DNA of 64,000 nt from a virus. The stretch covers positions 3,213-67,212 of IMG/VR virus record IMGVR_UViG_3300033182_001497; one strand, 5' to 3'. The position numbers and the translations under genes were made by a program. The notes below the pieces were generated by a model that searched no databases, had not been told where the DNA came from, and saw only the letters and a program-made list of their open reading frames with translations. Positions 9,925 through 21,900 of the stretch are shown one piece after another; positions within the stretch are counted from its first letter, which is position 1; every line of letters starts with the position of its first letter.

Positions 9925-10776
9925 ATGGGTATCACTCCTCATGTCAGCAAGTGGGATAAGTTCCGACTAGAATTTCTTAAAAATTTACTGCCTCGAATCG
10001 AGGCTCATGAGAATACAGTATCTATAATAATTCAAGGGCCATTAAATGATCGATCAATCAATACAATACCTGCATATTTAACATATGGTCAAGTGATCGT
10101 CAGTTGTTGGGACAACGATGACTTATCTAAACTAGATCCATATTTAAACCAAATTGATATAGTAGTAAACAAATACTCTGACGCCCTACCTCGAGCGCGC
10201 AAAACAAATCAGCGCAATCCAATTATATTGCAAAATTTCACAACACATAATGCACTAAAAAAGGCAACAGGATATTTTTCCATCAAAACAAGATCCGATG
10301 AAAGCTGGCCAGTACTCGATCCGCTATTGAATATGCTTCGAAACAATCGAGACACAAAAGATCCAAACACAAACATATACAATGATTACAAAATTATAAC
10401 ATCTAATATTTATTTTAGATATGACAGTCAATGCAAATTTCATCCATCAGATCATTTGATAGCAGGAAGAACATATAGAATGAAAGATGTATTTTATAAA
10501 ACATATATTGATTGTATGTATAGAAGTATCGCTGGAGTTGGTCCAGAAGAATTGATTGGTAAAAGCGTCATCTCTACCTACCGCGACCCAACAACCAAAT
10601 CTTTCGACGTTCCATTCGCCAATCGATCTGTAGAATTAATGAAAAAACATTTTGACATAATTAGAATCTCTGCATTACCTCGACACATATGGACATCAAG
10701 CTACAGAAAATACGATGCACTATACAGTGAAGAAGATTGGTGCCATCATATAAATGATATAGACAAAAGAGGTTGA
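9925..10776 (+). CDS. WavE-like LPS/glycan synthesis protein
   Basis: SIIIQGP, VIVSCW, IKTRSDE, FHPSDH resemble WavE motifs. Confidence 0.6.
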   Translation: MGITPHVSKWDKFRLEFLKNLLPRIEAHENTVSIIIQGPLNDRSINTIPAYLTYGQVIVSCWDNDDLSKLDPYLNQIDIVVNKYSDALPRARKTNQRNPIILQNFTTHNALKKATGYFSIKTRSDESWPVLDPLLNMLRNNRDTKDPNTNIYNDYKIITSNIYFRYDSQCKFHPSDHLIAGRTYRMKDVFYKTYIDCMYRSIAGVGPEELIGKSVISTYRDPTTKSFDVPFANRSVELMKKHFDIIRISALPRHIWTSSYRKYDALYSEEDWCHHINDIDKRG

Positions 10777-10800
10777 ATAAAAAGAATAATGGCATATAAT
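10773..10800 (+). promoter_or_regulatory. Probable sigma70-type promoter
   Basis: TTGAAT-N16-TATAAT. Confidence 0.45.
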
Positions 10801-10821
10801 CATTAAACAATTATTTATACT

Positions 10822-11403
10822 ATGAGTCTATCATTATACAAACCAAACAGTAAAAACACAGGTTGCGCATTTAATTTTAAAATCGGCGCAAACAAAAACA
10901 AAGAGCCCGTCGTTTACGTAACAGCAATTCAACAGTACTCTTGGGACGACAAGAAAAAGACAGCAAACTTTTCTGGCAACTCTAGCGACGAAGAAAAGAA
11001 GATCAATTTAAAATTCACTGAATTCGAAATTGGTGGTATAATGAGCGCGTTCAAACATCGCAATGAATTTTCATCTTATCATTCGTACGATCAAAGCAAG
11101 ACAGCAATCAAGTTTGTGCCGTGGGACAAGAAAACCAAGATCAAGAATGGCGACAAAGAAGAATGGGTAACGCTTCCTGCGTTTGGTATTACTTTCACAA
11201 GAAATGGCAATCAAAGTTTTCGTATTCCAGTGGAAGCTGGTGAGGTCGAGAACTTGCTTGAGTTTTTCAGATATTTCCTTTTATTACTCAATGAACATCG
11301 ATACGAAGAATCACTCAAGAATCTAGAAAAGTATCGCGCCAAACGAGAACAAAAACAAGAACCCAAGGAACAATCAAGCGACTCAGAAGATGCGCCGTTT
11401 TGA
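10822..11403 (+). CDS. Putative Whirly/PC4-like ssDNA-binding protein with an SSB-type acidic tail
   Basis: LYK..., YSWDDKK, FTEFEIGGI recall the Whirly YDW..KQ.F.LSVTEIG motif; ends DSEDAPF. Confidence 0.45.
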   Translation: MSLSLYKPNSKNTGCAFNFKIGANKNKEPVVYVTAIQQYSWDDKKKTANFSGNSSDEEKKINLKFTEFEIGGIMSAFKHRNEFSSYHSYDQSKTAIKFVPWDKKTKIKNGDKEEWVTLPAFGITFTRNGNQSFRIPVEAGEVENLLEFFRYFLLLLNEHRYEESLKNLEKYRAKREQKQEPKEQSSDSEDAPF

Positions 11404-13313
11404 TGAAAAGAAAAAAAGTTCTAATACATAGCAATCATTGCAAGGCGTTTACTGGATTTGGTAAACACACCAAGAACATACTTATTCATCTACAAAAAAC
11501 AGGCAAGTATGATATTGTAGAATTTTCGAATGGTATTCGCTGGGGCGACCCAAAATTAAAAAACCTTCCATGGACCGCCGAAGGTTCGCTTCCTAGCGAT
11601 CCAAATCTTCTCAAGAAACTCAATCAAGATCCACAGCTTGCAAGAAGCGCAGGTTATGGATCTGAAATGATTGATAAAATCATCGAGCGCGAAAAACCAG
11701 ATGTATACATGGGTATCGAAGACATCTGGGCATTCTCTGGGTATACAGAGAAAACATGGTGGAACAAGATTAACTGCATGATCTGGACCACGCTCGATAG
11801 TTTGCCTATTTTGCCTGACGCAATCAAAGCTGCGCCAAAAATCAAGAACTACTATACATGGGCGAGCTTCGCGCAAAAATCTCTGAATAGTATCGGCCAA
11901 GAACATGTGAAGACTCTTCGCGGCAGTTTAGACACTTCTCATTTTTATCGTTTTGAAGATGAGCAACGATTGGAATTGCGACAACGTTATAATATTTCAC
12001 CCGACGACTTTATTATTGGTTTTGTATTTCGCAACCAATTGCGCAAGAGTGTTCCGAATCTTCTTGAAGGTTTTAAAATATTCTGTCAACAAAATCCCAC
12101 ATGTAATGCAAAATTATTATTACATACTCATTGGGGCGAAGGATGGGACATACCAAGACTATTAAAAGAAAAAGAAATAGATCCAACAAAAATATTAACA
12201 ACATATTATTGTAAAGAATGCAAAGAATATGAAATCAAAAACTTTGCAGGAGAAAATTTAGATTGCCGATTTTGTGGTGGCAAGAAAACTCAGATTACAA
12301 CCAAAACAACCGCCGGAGTTGACGAAGGTCAGTTGAATGAAATTTATAATCTTATGGATGTATATTGTCATCCATTCACTAGTGGCGGTCAAGAGATACC
12401 AATCCAAGAAGCCAAGCTTACTGAACTCGTAACATTGGTCACCAATTATAGTTGCGGTGAAGATTGCTGTGTAGACGAGGCTGCAAGCCTTCCATTGAGC
12501 TGGACAGAGTATCGCGAACCAGGCACGCAATTCATCAAAGCAAGTACCGACCCAAAGAGTATTGCATATCAACTTCGCAAGGTATTTGAAATGAAGCCAG
12601 AGAAGCTCGCAAAAATGGGCAAGCAGGCTCGACGATTCGTTGAAGACAACTATAGCGTAGAAGTTATAGGAAAACAATTAGAAGAGATTTTAGACGCTAT
12701 GCCAGACATCGAATGGGACTTTGACTTCAAGATAGAGGAGCGCGATGCAAATTATGAACCTCCAGAGATTGAAAGCGACGCAGAATGGATATCTGACCTT
12801 TACAAAAACATACTTAAAGTAGAAACAAACCCAACAGAAGATGGTCACAAACACTGGATGCAACGACTTGGAGACGATCTTTCTCGTGCGGATGTTTTAA
12901 AATATTTTCGAAGCGTCGCAGAAAAAGAAAATCGCGAAAACAAAAAAGTGGATCTTGCAGACCTACTAGATGAAGACGATGAAGGAAAACGGCTGCTTGT
13001 TGTGATGCCCGAGCGTATAGGAGATGTCTATCTCTCCACCGCGCTATTACCAAACATTCGCAAACAATATCCAGATCTTAATATTTATTATGCTACACGA
13101 CCACAATACTTTGAAGTATTAGACGGAAATCCATATATTCACAAATGCATACCTTACCATGATTCACTAGCAAACCTACCACTCATGGAAGGACAAGGAG
13201 AAAATAGTGGATATTTTGAGATTGCATTCATACCATTTCTTGGCACACAACGAATAATCAATTTCACACACAACGCTAAAGATAAAATACAATTCGATTT
13301 ATGCACCTCGTAG
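11403..13313 (+). CDS. Multidomain glycosyltransferase: GT4 with Zn-ribbon insert, DUF4214-like helical domain, N-terminal half of GT9
   Basis: FVFRNQLRKS, SGGQEIPIQEA; CKEC/CRFC; LYKNIL...GHKHW...SRADVLKYF; MPERIGDVYLSTALLPNIRKQYP. Confidence 0.8.
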   Translation: MKRKKVLIHSNHCKAFTGFGKHTKNILIHLQKTGKYDIVEFSNGIRWGDPKLKNLPWTAEGSLPSDPNLLKKLNQDPQLARSAGYGSEMIDKIIEREKPDVYMGIEDIWAFSGYTEKTWWNKINCMIWTTLDSLPILPDAIKAAPKIKNYYTWASFAQKSLNSIGQEHVKTLRGSLDTSHFYRFEDEQRLELRQRYNISPDDFIIGFVFRNQLRKSVPNLLEGFKIFCQQNPTCNAKLLLHTHWGEGWDIPRLLKEKEIDPTKILTTYYCKECKEYEIKNFAGENLDCRFCGGKKTQITTKTTAGVDEGQLNEIYNLMDVYCHPFTSGGQEIPIQEAKLTELVTLVTNYSCGEDCCVDEAASLPLSWTEYREPGTQFIKASTDPKSIAYQLRKVFEMKPEKLAKMGKQARRFVEDNYSVEVIGKQLEEILDAMPDIEWDFDFKIEERDANYEPPEIESDAEWISDLYKNILKVETNPTEDGHKHWMQRLGDDLSRADVLKYFRSVAEKENRENKKVDLADLLDEDDEGKRLLVVMPERIGDVYLSTALLPNIRKQYPDLNIYYATRPQYFEVLDGNPYIHKCIPYHDSLANLPLMEGQGENSGYFEIAFIPFLGTQRIINFTHNAKDKIQFDLCTS

Positions 13314-14470
13314 AACAATACGCATTATCATGTGGAGTAAAGATAGACACCCCACACATTGAAACATCATATTTTCCTATTGCATCAAAAAAGTATATCA
13401 CATTACATGCGAGCAATCGCATACAGTCCAAAACATACGACTATTATAATGACGTGATGGATCTTGTGCATCCATATCTAAAAGAAAATGATATTAATGT
13501 TATACAAATTGGCAGCAAAGACGAACAAAAAGTTGGACGCTGTATACATCATCAAGGACAAACCACAATCAAACAGGCTGCATATATTATACAAAACAGT
13601 TTATTACATTTTGGCACCGATTCATTTAGTACTCATGTTGCAAGTGGATTCAATAAAAAAATAATTAGTTTATATTCTACATTATACAAAGAATGTTGTG
13701 GTCCATATTGGGGAGATACAAATGATCATGTATTACTTGAACCAGACCGAAGCAAAAAGAAAGCAAGTTTTTCTGACAACGAGTATCCAAAAACAATCAA
13801 CACAATCATGCCTGAAACGATTGCTTGCGCGATCCTCGATCAGCTTGGAATCGAGCATACCATCAATGGGATAGAAACACTTCATATCGGTGCGGCATAC
13901 CATGCAGGATCGCTTGCAATTGTACCAAACCACATCATGCCCAATAGCTTTGCCCCAGGCCAACCTGCAAACATTCTCGGCGACGAACACTTTGACGAAG
14001 AAAATATTGCTCGCTGGGCAAACACACGCAAGGTAAATATCTTTCTCAAGCAACCTATGCAAATCAACTATCTACAAGCGGTAAAGAAAAACATCCATCA
14101 AATCAATTATTTTGTACAGCCAGATGATGACGAAACATTTTTCAAAGCTGTCAAAAAATTAGGCATAAACCTCAAACTAATATGCAAAGATCCAAACACT
14201 ATAAATGATCTACGTTTAAAATTTTTCGATTGGGATGTTAGCTTTATAGAAAATAAAACAAAAAAAGACATTGACAACTGGGAAAAAATATGCAATAATA
14301 GTCGTTATAAAAGCGCTCAAATTATATCATCAAATAATCAACTATATGCAAGCAAGACTGCTTGGCGTCACGACATTCCTGGCGCACACAATGAGATTAT
14401 TGACTGTGATGAATTTTGGGAAGACGCAATCAATCTAAAAATTTATAATGACAACAATGGCACCACGTAA
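13301..14470 (+). CDS. C-terminal half of a GT9 (heptosyltransferase-like) enzyme plus an unknown domain
   Basis: ITLHAS...KTY...VIQIG...TTIKQAAYII...GTDSFSTHVASG. Confidence 0.7.
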   Translation: MHLVEQYALSCGVKIDTPHIETSYFPIASKKYITLHASNRIQSKTYDYYNDVMDLVHPYLKENDINVIQIGSKDEQKVGRCIHHQGQTTIKQAAYIIQNSLLHFGTDSFSTHVASGFNKKIISLYSTLYKECCGPYWGDTNDHVLLEPDRSKKKASFSDNEYPKTINTIMPETIACAILDQLGIEHTINGIETLHIGAAYHAGSLAIVPNHIMPNSFAPGQPANILGDEHFDEENIARWANTRKVNIFLKQPMQINYLQAVKKNIHQINYFVQPDDDETFFKAVKKLGINLKLICKDPNTINDLRLKFFDWDVSFIENKTKKDIDNWEKICNNSRYKSAQIISSNNQLYASKTAWRHDIPGAHNEIIDCDEFWEDAINLKIYNDNNGTT

Positions 14471-15284
14471 ATCACAATCTTCAACAGAACAATCTGTAAC
14501 CTACGAATCAGAAGTAGTAGTAAAAAAAGAAAAAATAACATATCCTAAAAATTATGCTGATGGACCAGGACGTTTCAAAAGAAATAGTTTTGGATTATTA
14601 GATAATGTAGATTATACATTCGCAGATGATGGATCTGTTAATTGGAGAAGTATGATCAAAGATGAGCATTTATTCCCCAACAAGTCATGGTTTGATATGC
14701 GTCGAAAAGATGTGCCTCGAACAATCGACGGTCTAGGAGATCACCAACTACTTATCAAGCTGAGTGGAATCAAAGAGCTAGCAAAGCTTCGTGGATTTAG
14801 TGATGTAGCATATGAAGTTGTCAAGTGCGAACCCGATCATGTAGCGGTAATCTGTAGAGTAACATTTTTGCCAAACTACGAAACTGGCGGTAAATCTGTG
14901 GTGTTTCAAGATATGGCCAATGCGACACTCAATAACACAAGCAATTTCGCGACTAAATTTTTAGAAACAATTGCTTGTAATCGAGCATTCGTTCGTGCGG
15001 TTCGTAATTTTCTTAATGTACATATTGTGGGTGACGACGAGATTGATAAATCCACAGCGCCCGCTCCAACAGCTAACACAAACATGGGTCTCACTCCATC
15101 CTCTATGGTTGAGGGTTTAGCCAAAGAAAAACTTAGCTGTGCAAACTTTGAAGAATTCAGAACTGTACTTCGCGATTGGTGGCAATCCGGAAAATATAAA
15201 AACAATGATGTAAAAGACTGGAACGATTACGACGATATTCCTGCAGCTCAAGCGAGAATATTAATGAAGTTGATTAACAGTTAA
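14448..15284 (+). CDS. Rad52/Sak-like single-strand annealing protein
   Basis: LETIACNRAFVRAVRNFLNV...GDDEI resembles the A.TRA..RA.R..L core. Confidence 0.5.
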   Translation: MTTMAPRKSQSSTEQSVTYESEVVVKKEKITYPKNYADGPGRFKRNSFGLLDNVDYTFADDGSVNWRSMIKDEHLFPNKSWFDMRRKDVPRTIDGLGDHQLLIKLSGIKELAKLRGFSDVAYEVVKCEPDHVAVICRVTFLPNYETGGKSVVFQDMANATLNNTSNFATKFLETIACNRAFVRAVRNFLNVHIVGDDEIDKSTAPAPTANTNMGLTPSSMVEGLAKEKLSCANFEEFRTVLRDWWQSGKYKNNDVKDWNDYDDIPAAQARILMKLINS

Positions 15285-15894
15285 TTTTATTTTTTATTTC
15301 GTCTAGTTCGGCGCGCATTTCTTCAATAATTTTTTGTTGATCTTGTATTGCGCCGACTAATATAGGAACCATTTTTTCATACTTGACAGCAAGATAACCG
15401 TTACTTCTCTCGGTTACAATTTCAGGAGCAATTCCTTGTATTTGTTGAGCGATTAAACCGATATCGTGACCACTGTATGTTTGTTGGTTCTGATTCCAAT
15501 TAAACTCGACAGCATCTATTGTATTTATTTTCTCTAAACATCCAGAGATTGGAATTATATCATCTTTCAACCTTTGGTCGGATGCAGCAAAAGCAACAAC
15601 ATCACCATAACTAAATAATCCATTCAAACATCCAATATAAAAAGCATTATCAGTAGAAGCAGTAACATGATCTCCTATAATATGAGTGTTATATTTGGAG
15701 CTTATTGTGTTGTCAACTCCTTGTATTATTGAACATCTTCTTGAGTTTGATATGGTATTGTGTCTTCCTGCTATAATTACATTTGTTTCATGATATCCAC
15801 TATAGTTACTGGTCCAGTCGTCAGAAGGACTCAAGCTAGGATCTGTACTACTCGGAGGATTAGTTGGATTTGATATGTTTGGAGGTGTTGGCAT
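15274..15894 (-). CDS. Small fibre protein with a peptidase S74 intramolecular chaperone domain
   Basis: SDQRLKDDI, GLIAQQI..I.PEIV, YEKMVPILVGAIQDQQ and a coiled coil; start 15894 or 15947. Confidence 0.9.
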   Translation of the reverse strand: MPTPPNISNPTNPPSSTDPSLSPSDDWTSNYSGYHETNVIIAGRHNTISNSRRCSIIQGVDNTISSKYNTHIIGDHVTASTDNAFYIGCLNGLFSYGDVVAFAASDQRLKDDIIPISGCLEKINTIDAVEFNWNQNQQTYSGHDIGLIAQQIQGIAPEIVTERSNGYLAVKYEKMVPILVGAIQDQQKIIEEMRAELDEIKNKINC

Positions 15895-15907
15895 TTTACG
15901 AATTAAT

Positions 15908-18900
15908 TTAGTCAAACTGTGAAAGAGTAAAGTTTGTTTGCGTGTCATCTCGATATACAGTATTACTATTTGGGTAAAAATACAACCAATCCGATATACC
16001 ATGATTCCACACCCACGGCCCCTGCAATACTACATCGTAATTCAACCACGACCAGCTGCCTCCGAATAAATTTTCAGCGTAAAACCATGCGGTACTGGGT
16101 GCTCTTTTAGTTGGGTATATTTCATTAAAACTTAAAAATATCCATCCGAGAACATTTGAATTTAAAAAATCAACGACAGCCACAAAATCCTCTGTTTTCA
16201 TAGAGTCTCCATCAAACTGATGATCTCCATACACATCAGAAACGAAAACAGCCTCTGCAAACCAAGAACTATACCATGATGGTACAATTAAAGAAGCATC
16301 ATTTATTCCGTCTCCTAATCTAAATTTATCTTTAAAATGCAGAGCGGGATTATAGACCAAAGAGCTATTATTTGATATTGAATTATATTCCCCGCCTGGA
16401 ATTGATTGGTATGATCCACCATTGATAGTATTTGATTGTCCGCCACCTATAAAATTAGCTCCCTCATTTTCAGATCCTGCCTGAGGCATACCATTTCCCC
16501 AGCCTCCAGCAATAACACTAAAATTATCTTTGCATTCATTATTGTAACCTCCACCAATTATCGAAAATCTTCCCTCAATATTATTCTCTCCTCCTGCAAC
16601 AATACTGGAAGCTAATGATTTAAAATTGTTCTGAAAACTTGGAATAGTAATGGTATTATTGTATCCACCACCAATGAATACTGCTTTTGGATCTTGATTC
16701 TGATAATTGTTAAAATCAAAAATTGTCCCAAGGTCACTAGTTACATTAATACCTCCAGATATAAAAGCAGAATGCATCTCTATTTTTCCATCATCCGTAT
16801 TTAATCTAAAATACGAATCGAAATTTCCAACTGATTGCCCTCCCATATCAAAAAATGATATATTTTTTGATTTTGATGAATCATAATATGATCCCATTGA
16901 AAAACCGGCTGTAGTATAATTATTTGAATTTAAAACGGTGTTATTATTTACATCAAATATTCCTCCAACAAATCCTGGGCTTGTTATTATTCCATTGCCT
17001 ACAGATGTCAATGAAAATGGTTGTGTTCCCCCTCCTAATGTACCAAGCTCTAATTTTTCAGTTATTATCGCTTCCTCTGCTAAAAGTAAATTTGTAGCTA
17101 CGCTTGTAAATTGACCACCAAATGCTTCCCATTTTCCAGCATTTAAATCAGCAGAAAAACTAGACGAAGACGGTGAAGATGGCTCTCTACCAATATAAAA
17201 TTCATTATCAGGAGCGTAATAAACTATATCACCCCTAATAGCGCTGCCCGAATAGTATTCGCCCGCACTCCATTCTCCCCGAAAATGAGTTGCAGGTCCC
17301 CCTGGCCCAGCTTTTCCATCAATTATTCTACCTATTGTTGTAGAAGTTTCATTGTCTGAATTCGCTCCAGATACATACAAAATCACAGCATCTCCAGTTG
17401 TTGAATTTGATGTGATGATATCATGAAAACCAAAAACATTACCCTCAAAACCCGCCGCTAATCTTGCCACTGCAGTAATAGATTGATTATCTATAATAAA
17501 ATCATTTGAAGATGGATTCACATCATATGAAAACCCACTAATATCATATTTACCCGCAGACTTGCTTGCTATAAAATCATCATAAGAAAATACATCATTA
17601 ATAACACCATCATTAAAGACTTGCATTCTAAATCTAACGTCATCAGCTGAAGATATTGATGTATTTCTAAATCTTGCAGTAATTACTAAATCATTATTAT
17701 TTTCAATTTCATATCCATTATTTGTCTCAACATAATTAACATATGCAGGCATAGAACTAAAATCAACAAAATCATAATCTTTACCATTTGACTGACGAAG
17801 CCTACCTTCAAGAGATAGAGTTCCATCATTATCTAAAGTTAATTTTCCCTGATCGCCTCTAAATTCAAAAGTTCCATCCCCACTTAAAACAAAACCATTA
17901 TTCGCCGGTGGATACGAAACTCCATCCACTGGATTAGTATATCCAGTAAAACCTGGCGTAACAATAGATCCATACTGATTTGCCCTAGATCCCACAACTA
18001 TTTCGTGACCTTTTATTTCTCCAGCTGTAATTTTATCAGCCTTCAGGCTATTGATTTTAGCATCTACAATTGCAGCTTCAGCTATATTTGCCGTACCAAT
18101 CAATGCGTTCGCAAACGCATGGTAAACCGGAGTTGCCGCAGCATTACTTGGAAAACCAGCTAATCGAGCTACGATAAAATCTCCTTCTCCAAAATCAGGA
18201 TCTGGACTAACATAGTCTTGATTATTAGAATCTTGATCCCTGGAACCCGCTGGATGAGAGCTTGATATTTTGTAATTTATATTTTTGTAATAAATATTCC
18301 TTAATCCTACATCAACATATTCTTGATCTGGATCAGCCGAATCTGCTTGACCATTATTATCCCACCATATATAAGAAGCTTTTTGCGTATCATAATTAGG
18401 TCCAATTCCAGATCCATTTATAAGATATCCAGTTCCTTGATAATACAATACATGTTCAGGCCAACTAATATAACTTCCATCTCCATCAAAAGGATCCGGC
18501 TGTGGAGCCAATGCAATTGTATTTCCGAAAATCTCGGTCATATTCAACTCAAAATCATCAATATCAGTAGCAGACGCTTGCCCTAAAGTCAACTCAACCC
18601 CTTCGATCTCCGGACCACTCAAGTTCGCAGCTCCAGTAAACGGCCCTTTATTTCCAGCGAAATCCACAGGTCTAACCCAAAAGTATTTTGTTTCGTTTGT
18701 TTTTCCAAGGTATGATGTTTCAATTTCTGCTCCATTAGCAGGAACATTGAATATTCTTTTTGCATTTGTTATTCCTGACGCAGGATCTTGTTTTTCAATT
18801 GGTATTGGTCCGGTGCTAGCAATATCAGTTTCTATTCTTCTGTAGCCGCTATTGTTCGAAAAGTCTATATCCTCTAAAGGATCGGCTTCATCTTTTAGAA

Positions 18901-21900
18901 ATACATTCAAGCTACCAAGCTCAAGCTTGTCATCTGTATCCGAATTACCCATCCATACCTCGTAGTGGCTAAGATCATTGGGTATTTGATCTCTGTTTTG
19001 GATATTGCCACTTGGATGAACCCAACTGAGAAAATAATTTTCAAATGCAGTATCTCCACTTAGATCAATAACGGGGCCAGGTATATCATCTGCAGACGTT
19101 CTAAAAACTGGCCCTGGTATACCGTTTGGATTTTTATTACTATAATTCTTTGGGTAAACCAAGCATTGCTCTAGATCGCCTGCATTATCATTTACTCCAT
19201 ACAAATCACCACTACCAAAATCATCGAACGGTAATATTTTATAATAGTAACCTGTTATTTGATCTACCCCATTTATTGATGGTATTGGAGGCTCATCAAT
19301 AATTTGAGTAATGTTTTGGCCAAATGTTGCATCTCCTGCGCCAATAACAGTTTTTACAAATGTAGTACCTTCTCCAGTTAAAGGAAACCCATTTTCATCA
19401 ACCACATCAAATACAGGATCACTAGAGCGATACAAGTTTACTTTGGTGGTTTTTTCTTGAAAAGCAAGTGCGTAATTAAAATTAAATTTTACCTTTGTTG
19501 CTTCGCTAAGACTATCAATATTAAAACCCTCGCTAAGTATATATGGTGGAGGATTATCTGCAGAAAGTTTTTGCAAGTCAAAGACATCGCCCTCTCGGTC
19601 TACAATTGCCAATTCAATACCAACGCTTCTTTTGCCACTCTGAGGAATTCCTGCGTGTCCAAAAATAATGTCCTGATACTGAGTTTCTTCCTGCCAATAA
19701 GGAATCCATTGAGTGCCTAAATAATCAGATAAAGATTCATTTCCTGCTTGATCAAAAGCAATGATTGGAGCGCCAACAGGATTGTCAGCATTTGCTTTAT
19801 AAATAGATCCATTAGCGCAAACTTTTTCTCCAGAACTGTATGAAAAAATTATATCTTGACCAGAATATTCATTTTGCCAGAATGAAGCGTTGGTACCTGG
19901 TTCAATAATGCCTGACTCAGAATTTGGCCCGCTATCCTGAATTCCGCTCCAAATATCATTAGAATAGACAACCAAATCTCCACTAATAAAATCGACACCA
20001 GTCTCCCACTCGGAAACAAAACCGGAATAATTTTCTATATAAAGACTGGCTCGATCAGAATTTAAGGGGTTGTATATTTCCCACTTATCTACAAGCACTC
20101 CATTTTCAAGAACACTTTGATTAATCGGAATTAATCCAGAAGAAGAACTGAGTGCCTTATATGTATCACAATCTATTTCAGAAAAAAGAGATGCAACTCT
20201 CCATTTAGAGGAATCGGTGCCTGGAGTCACAGCGGTTCCTGTTTCCTGAAGAGCTAAACATTTATACAAAGTATCATTATATACAACAATATCATTCAAC
20301 TCATATCTGTTAACTGCATTAAAATTTTCGTAATATTGATTTGGAGAAACAACCAAATCTCCAGAAGCATAAGTTCTAGAAAAATCAAACAAGCCATCGG
20401 TATATTCTGGACCAAAATCTTGATAAACCTTATAAATACCATCATTATAAGAAAATGATTCTCCGCTTGTATAGTTTTGACTTTTTTGCCAAAAATCATA
20501 AATTGGTTTTATTTTTGGATCACTGTTATCTGAATCAAGTATAGCTTTATAAACAATCTGATCATCAACAATTACATGATCGCCGGATTCGTAAACTGAC
20601 TGATAATTAAAATCATCATATATTTCAGGAAATCCTCCGGTTCCGTATATTTGATTATTTATTTCGCGAGTATATTCGTATGTATCAAATATTTTTGATG
20701 TTTGTAATCCATATACAACCTCGGTATCGCCGTCTTCATTTTTGGTTAAAGATATAGAATTATTTCCTTCAGTTAATCCTGTTATAGTTTGATTTGTATG
20801 AACATCGTAAAGCGATCCGCTAAGCCCCAGCACCGAAGGCAATCCTCCTTCCTTGAATGCAGCTCGGTATTGAACCAAGTCTACTGCATTGTCGTCTTGA
20901 TCAACAATTTCCCAATTAAAAACTAAATCGTCCTCTCTTTCGTAGAACCTTAAGTTCGCAATTTTTATTTGCGTTTGATACGGAAACAGCAACGAATCCT
21001 CTTCTCCTTGAATTAAGAGTGAACCATCTTCTCCAAGCAAAAACAAATCGCCGCCACCAAAATCATCAAATACTTGAAATGTATAGTAATATTTGTATCC
21101 AAAAAACTGTTCTTGTTCAAAAGTAAAAACATCTACTGTCTCATTTGTATAAACGTAATCAATTGACGATCCATAATTGGTCCATGTCACATCATCATTT
21201 TTTGGTCTATTGTTATAAGAACTAGTATGATCTGTATTCGATCGATAAACATCTCCATTTTCCAAAATCAAATCACCAGAACTATAGTTGGCATGATTAT
21301 CCCATGTTAAATCGTTGGAAATTGTACTATTTAAGTTGTCTATGAAATTTTTACTAGCAAGTAAATCACCGCTATCAAAAAGCTCGCGATTTTCTGGTAT
21401 GCCAATCACATTAACATTCATACCACTATAATCAACAGTGTCTGTCGCCCAGGAAAACGACATCTCCGAACCGTTAAGTGTCTGAGTTAGACTATTTAAA
21501 TATGGCTCAGGATTATGACCACTGATTGTTCCAGTACAAGTTCTACCAAATTTATCAACAGCAACTAAATCCACAGTTACATCCCTTGGAAGATTCAATC
21601 CATTGAATACATCCTCATCTAACAATAAAGAGAACGACCGATAGTTTTGCAAATCATCCGCAACATTAGTAGGCTCTGTATTTAAAAATGCCGATAAAGA
21701 TTGAATCGCATCATTACTTGTATCTACAGTGGATATATCTATGATCTGATCGCCAGTTTTAATATTTACAACAATACCCGAAAAGAAAGAGTCGGACAAT
21801 AATTCGGTAGATAAAGAAAGTCCCTCAAGAGCATGACTAGAAGGGGCAATCAATTCCCAATTTAATTCTATATTTTTTCCCGCAAATTGTTGATCCACAA

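Noticed and set aside
15894-16002. Programmed frameshift fusing the fibre to the S74 gene
   Set aside because: The frames overlap openly, but no canonical X-XXY-YYZ slippery heptamer was found.
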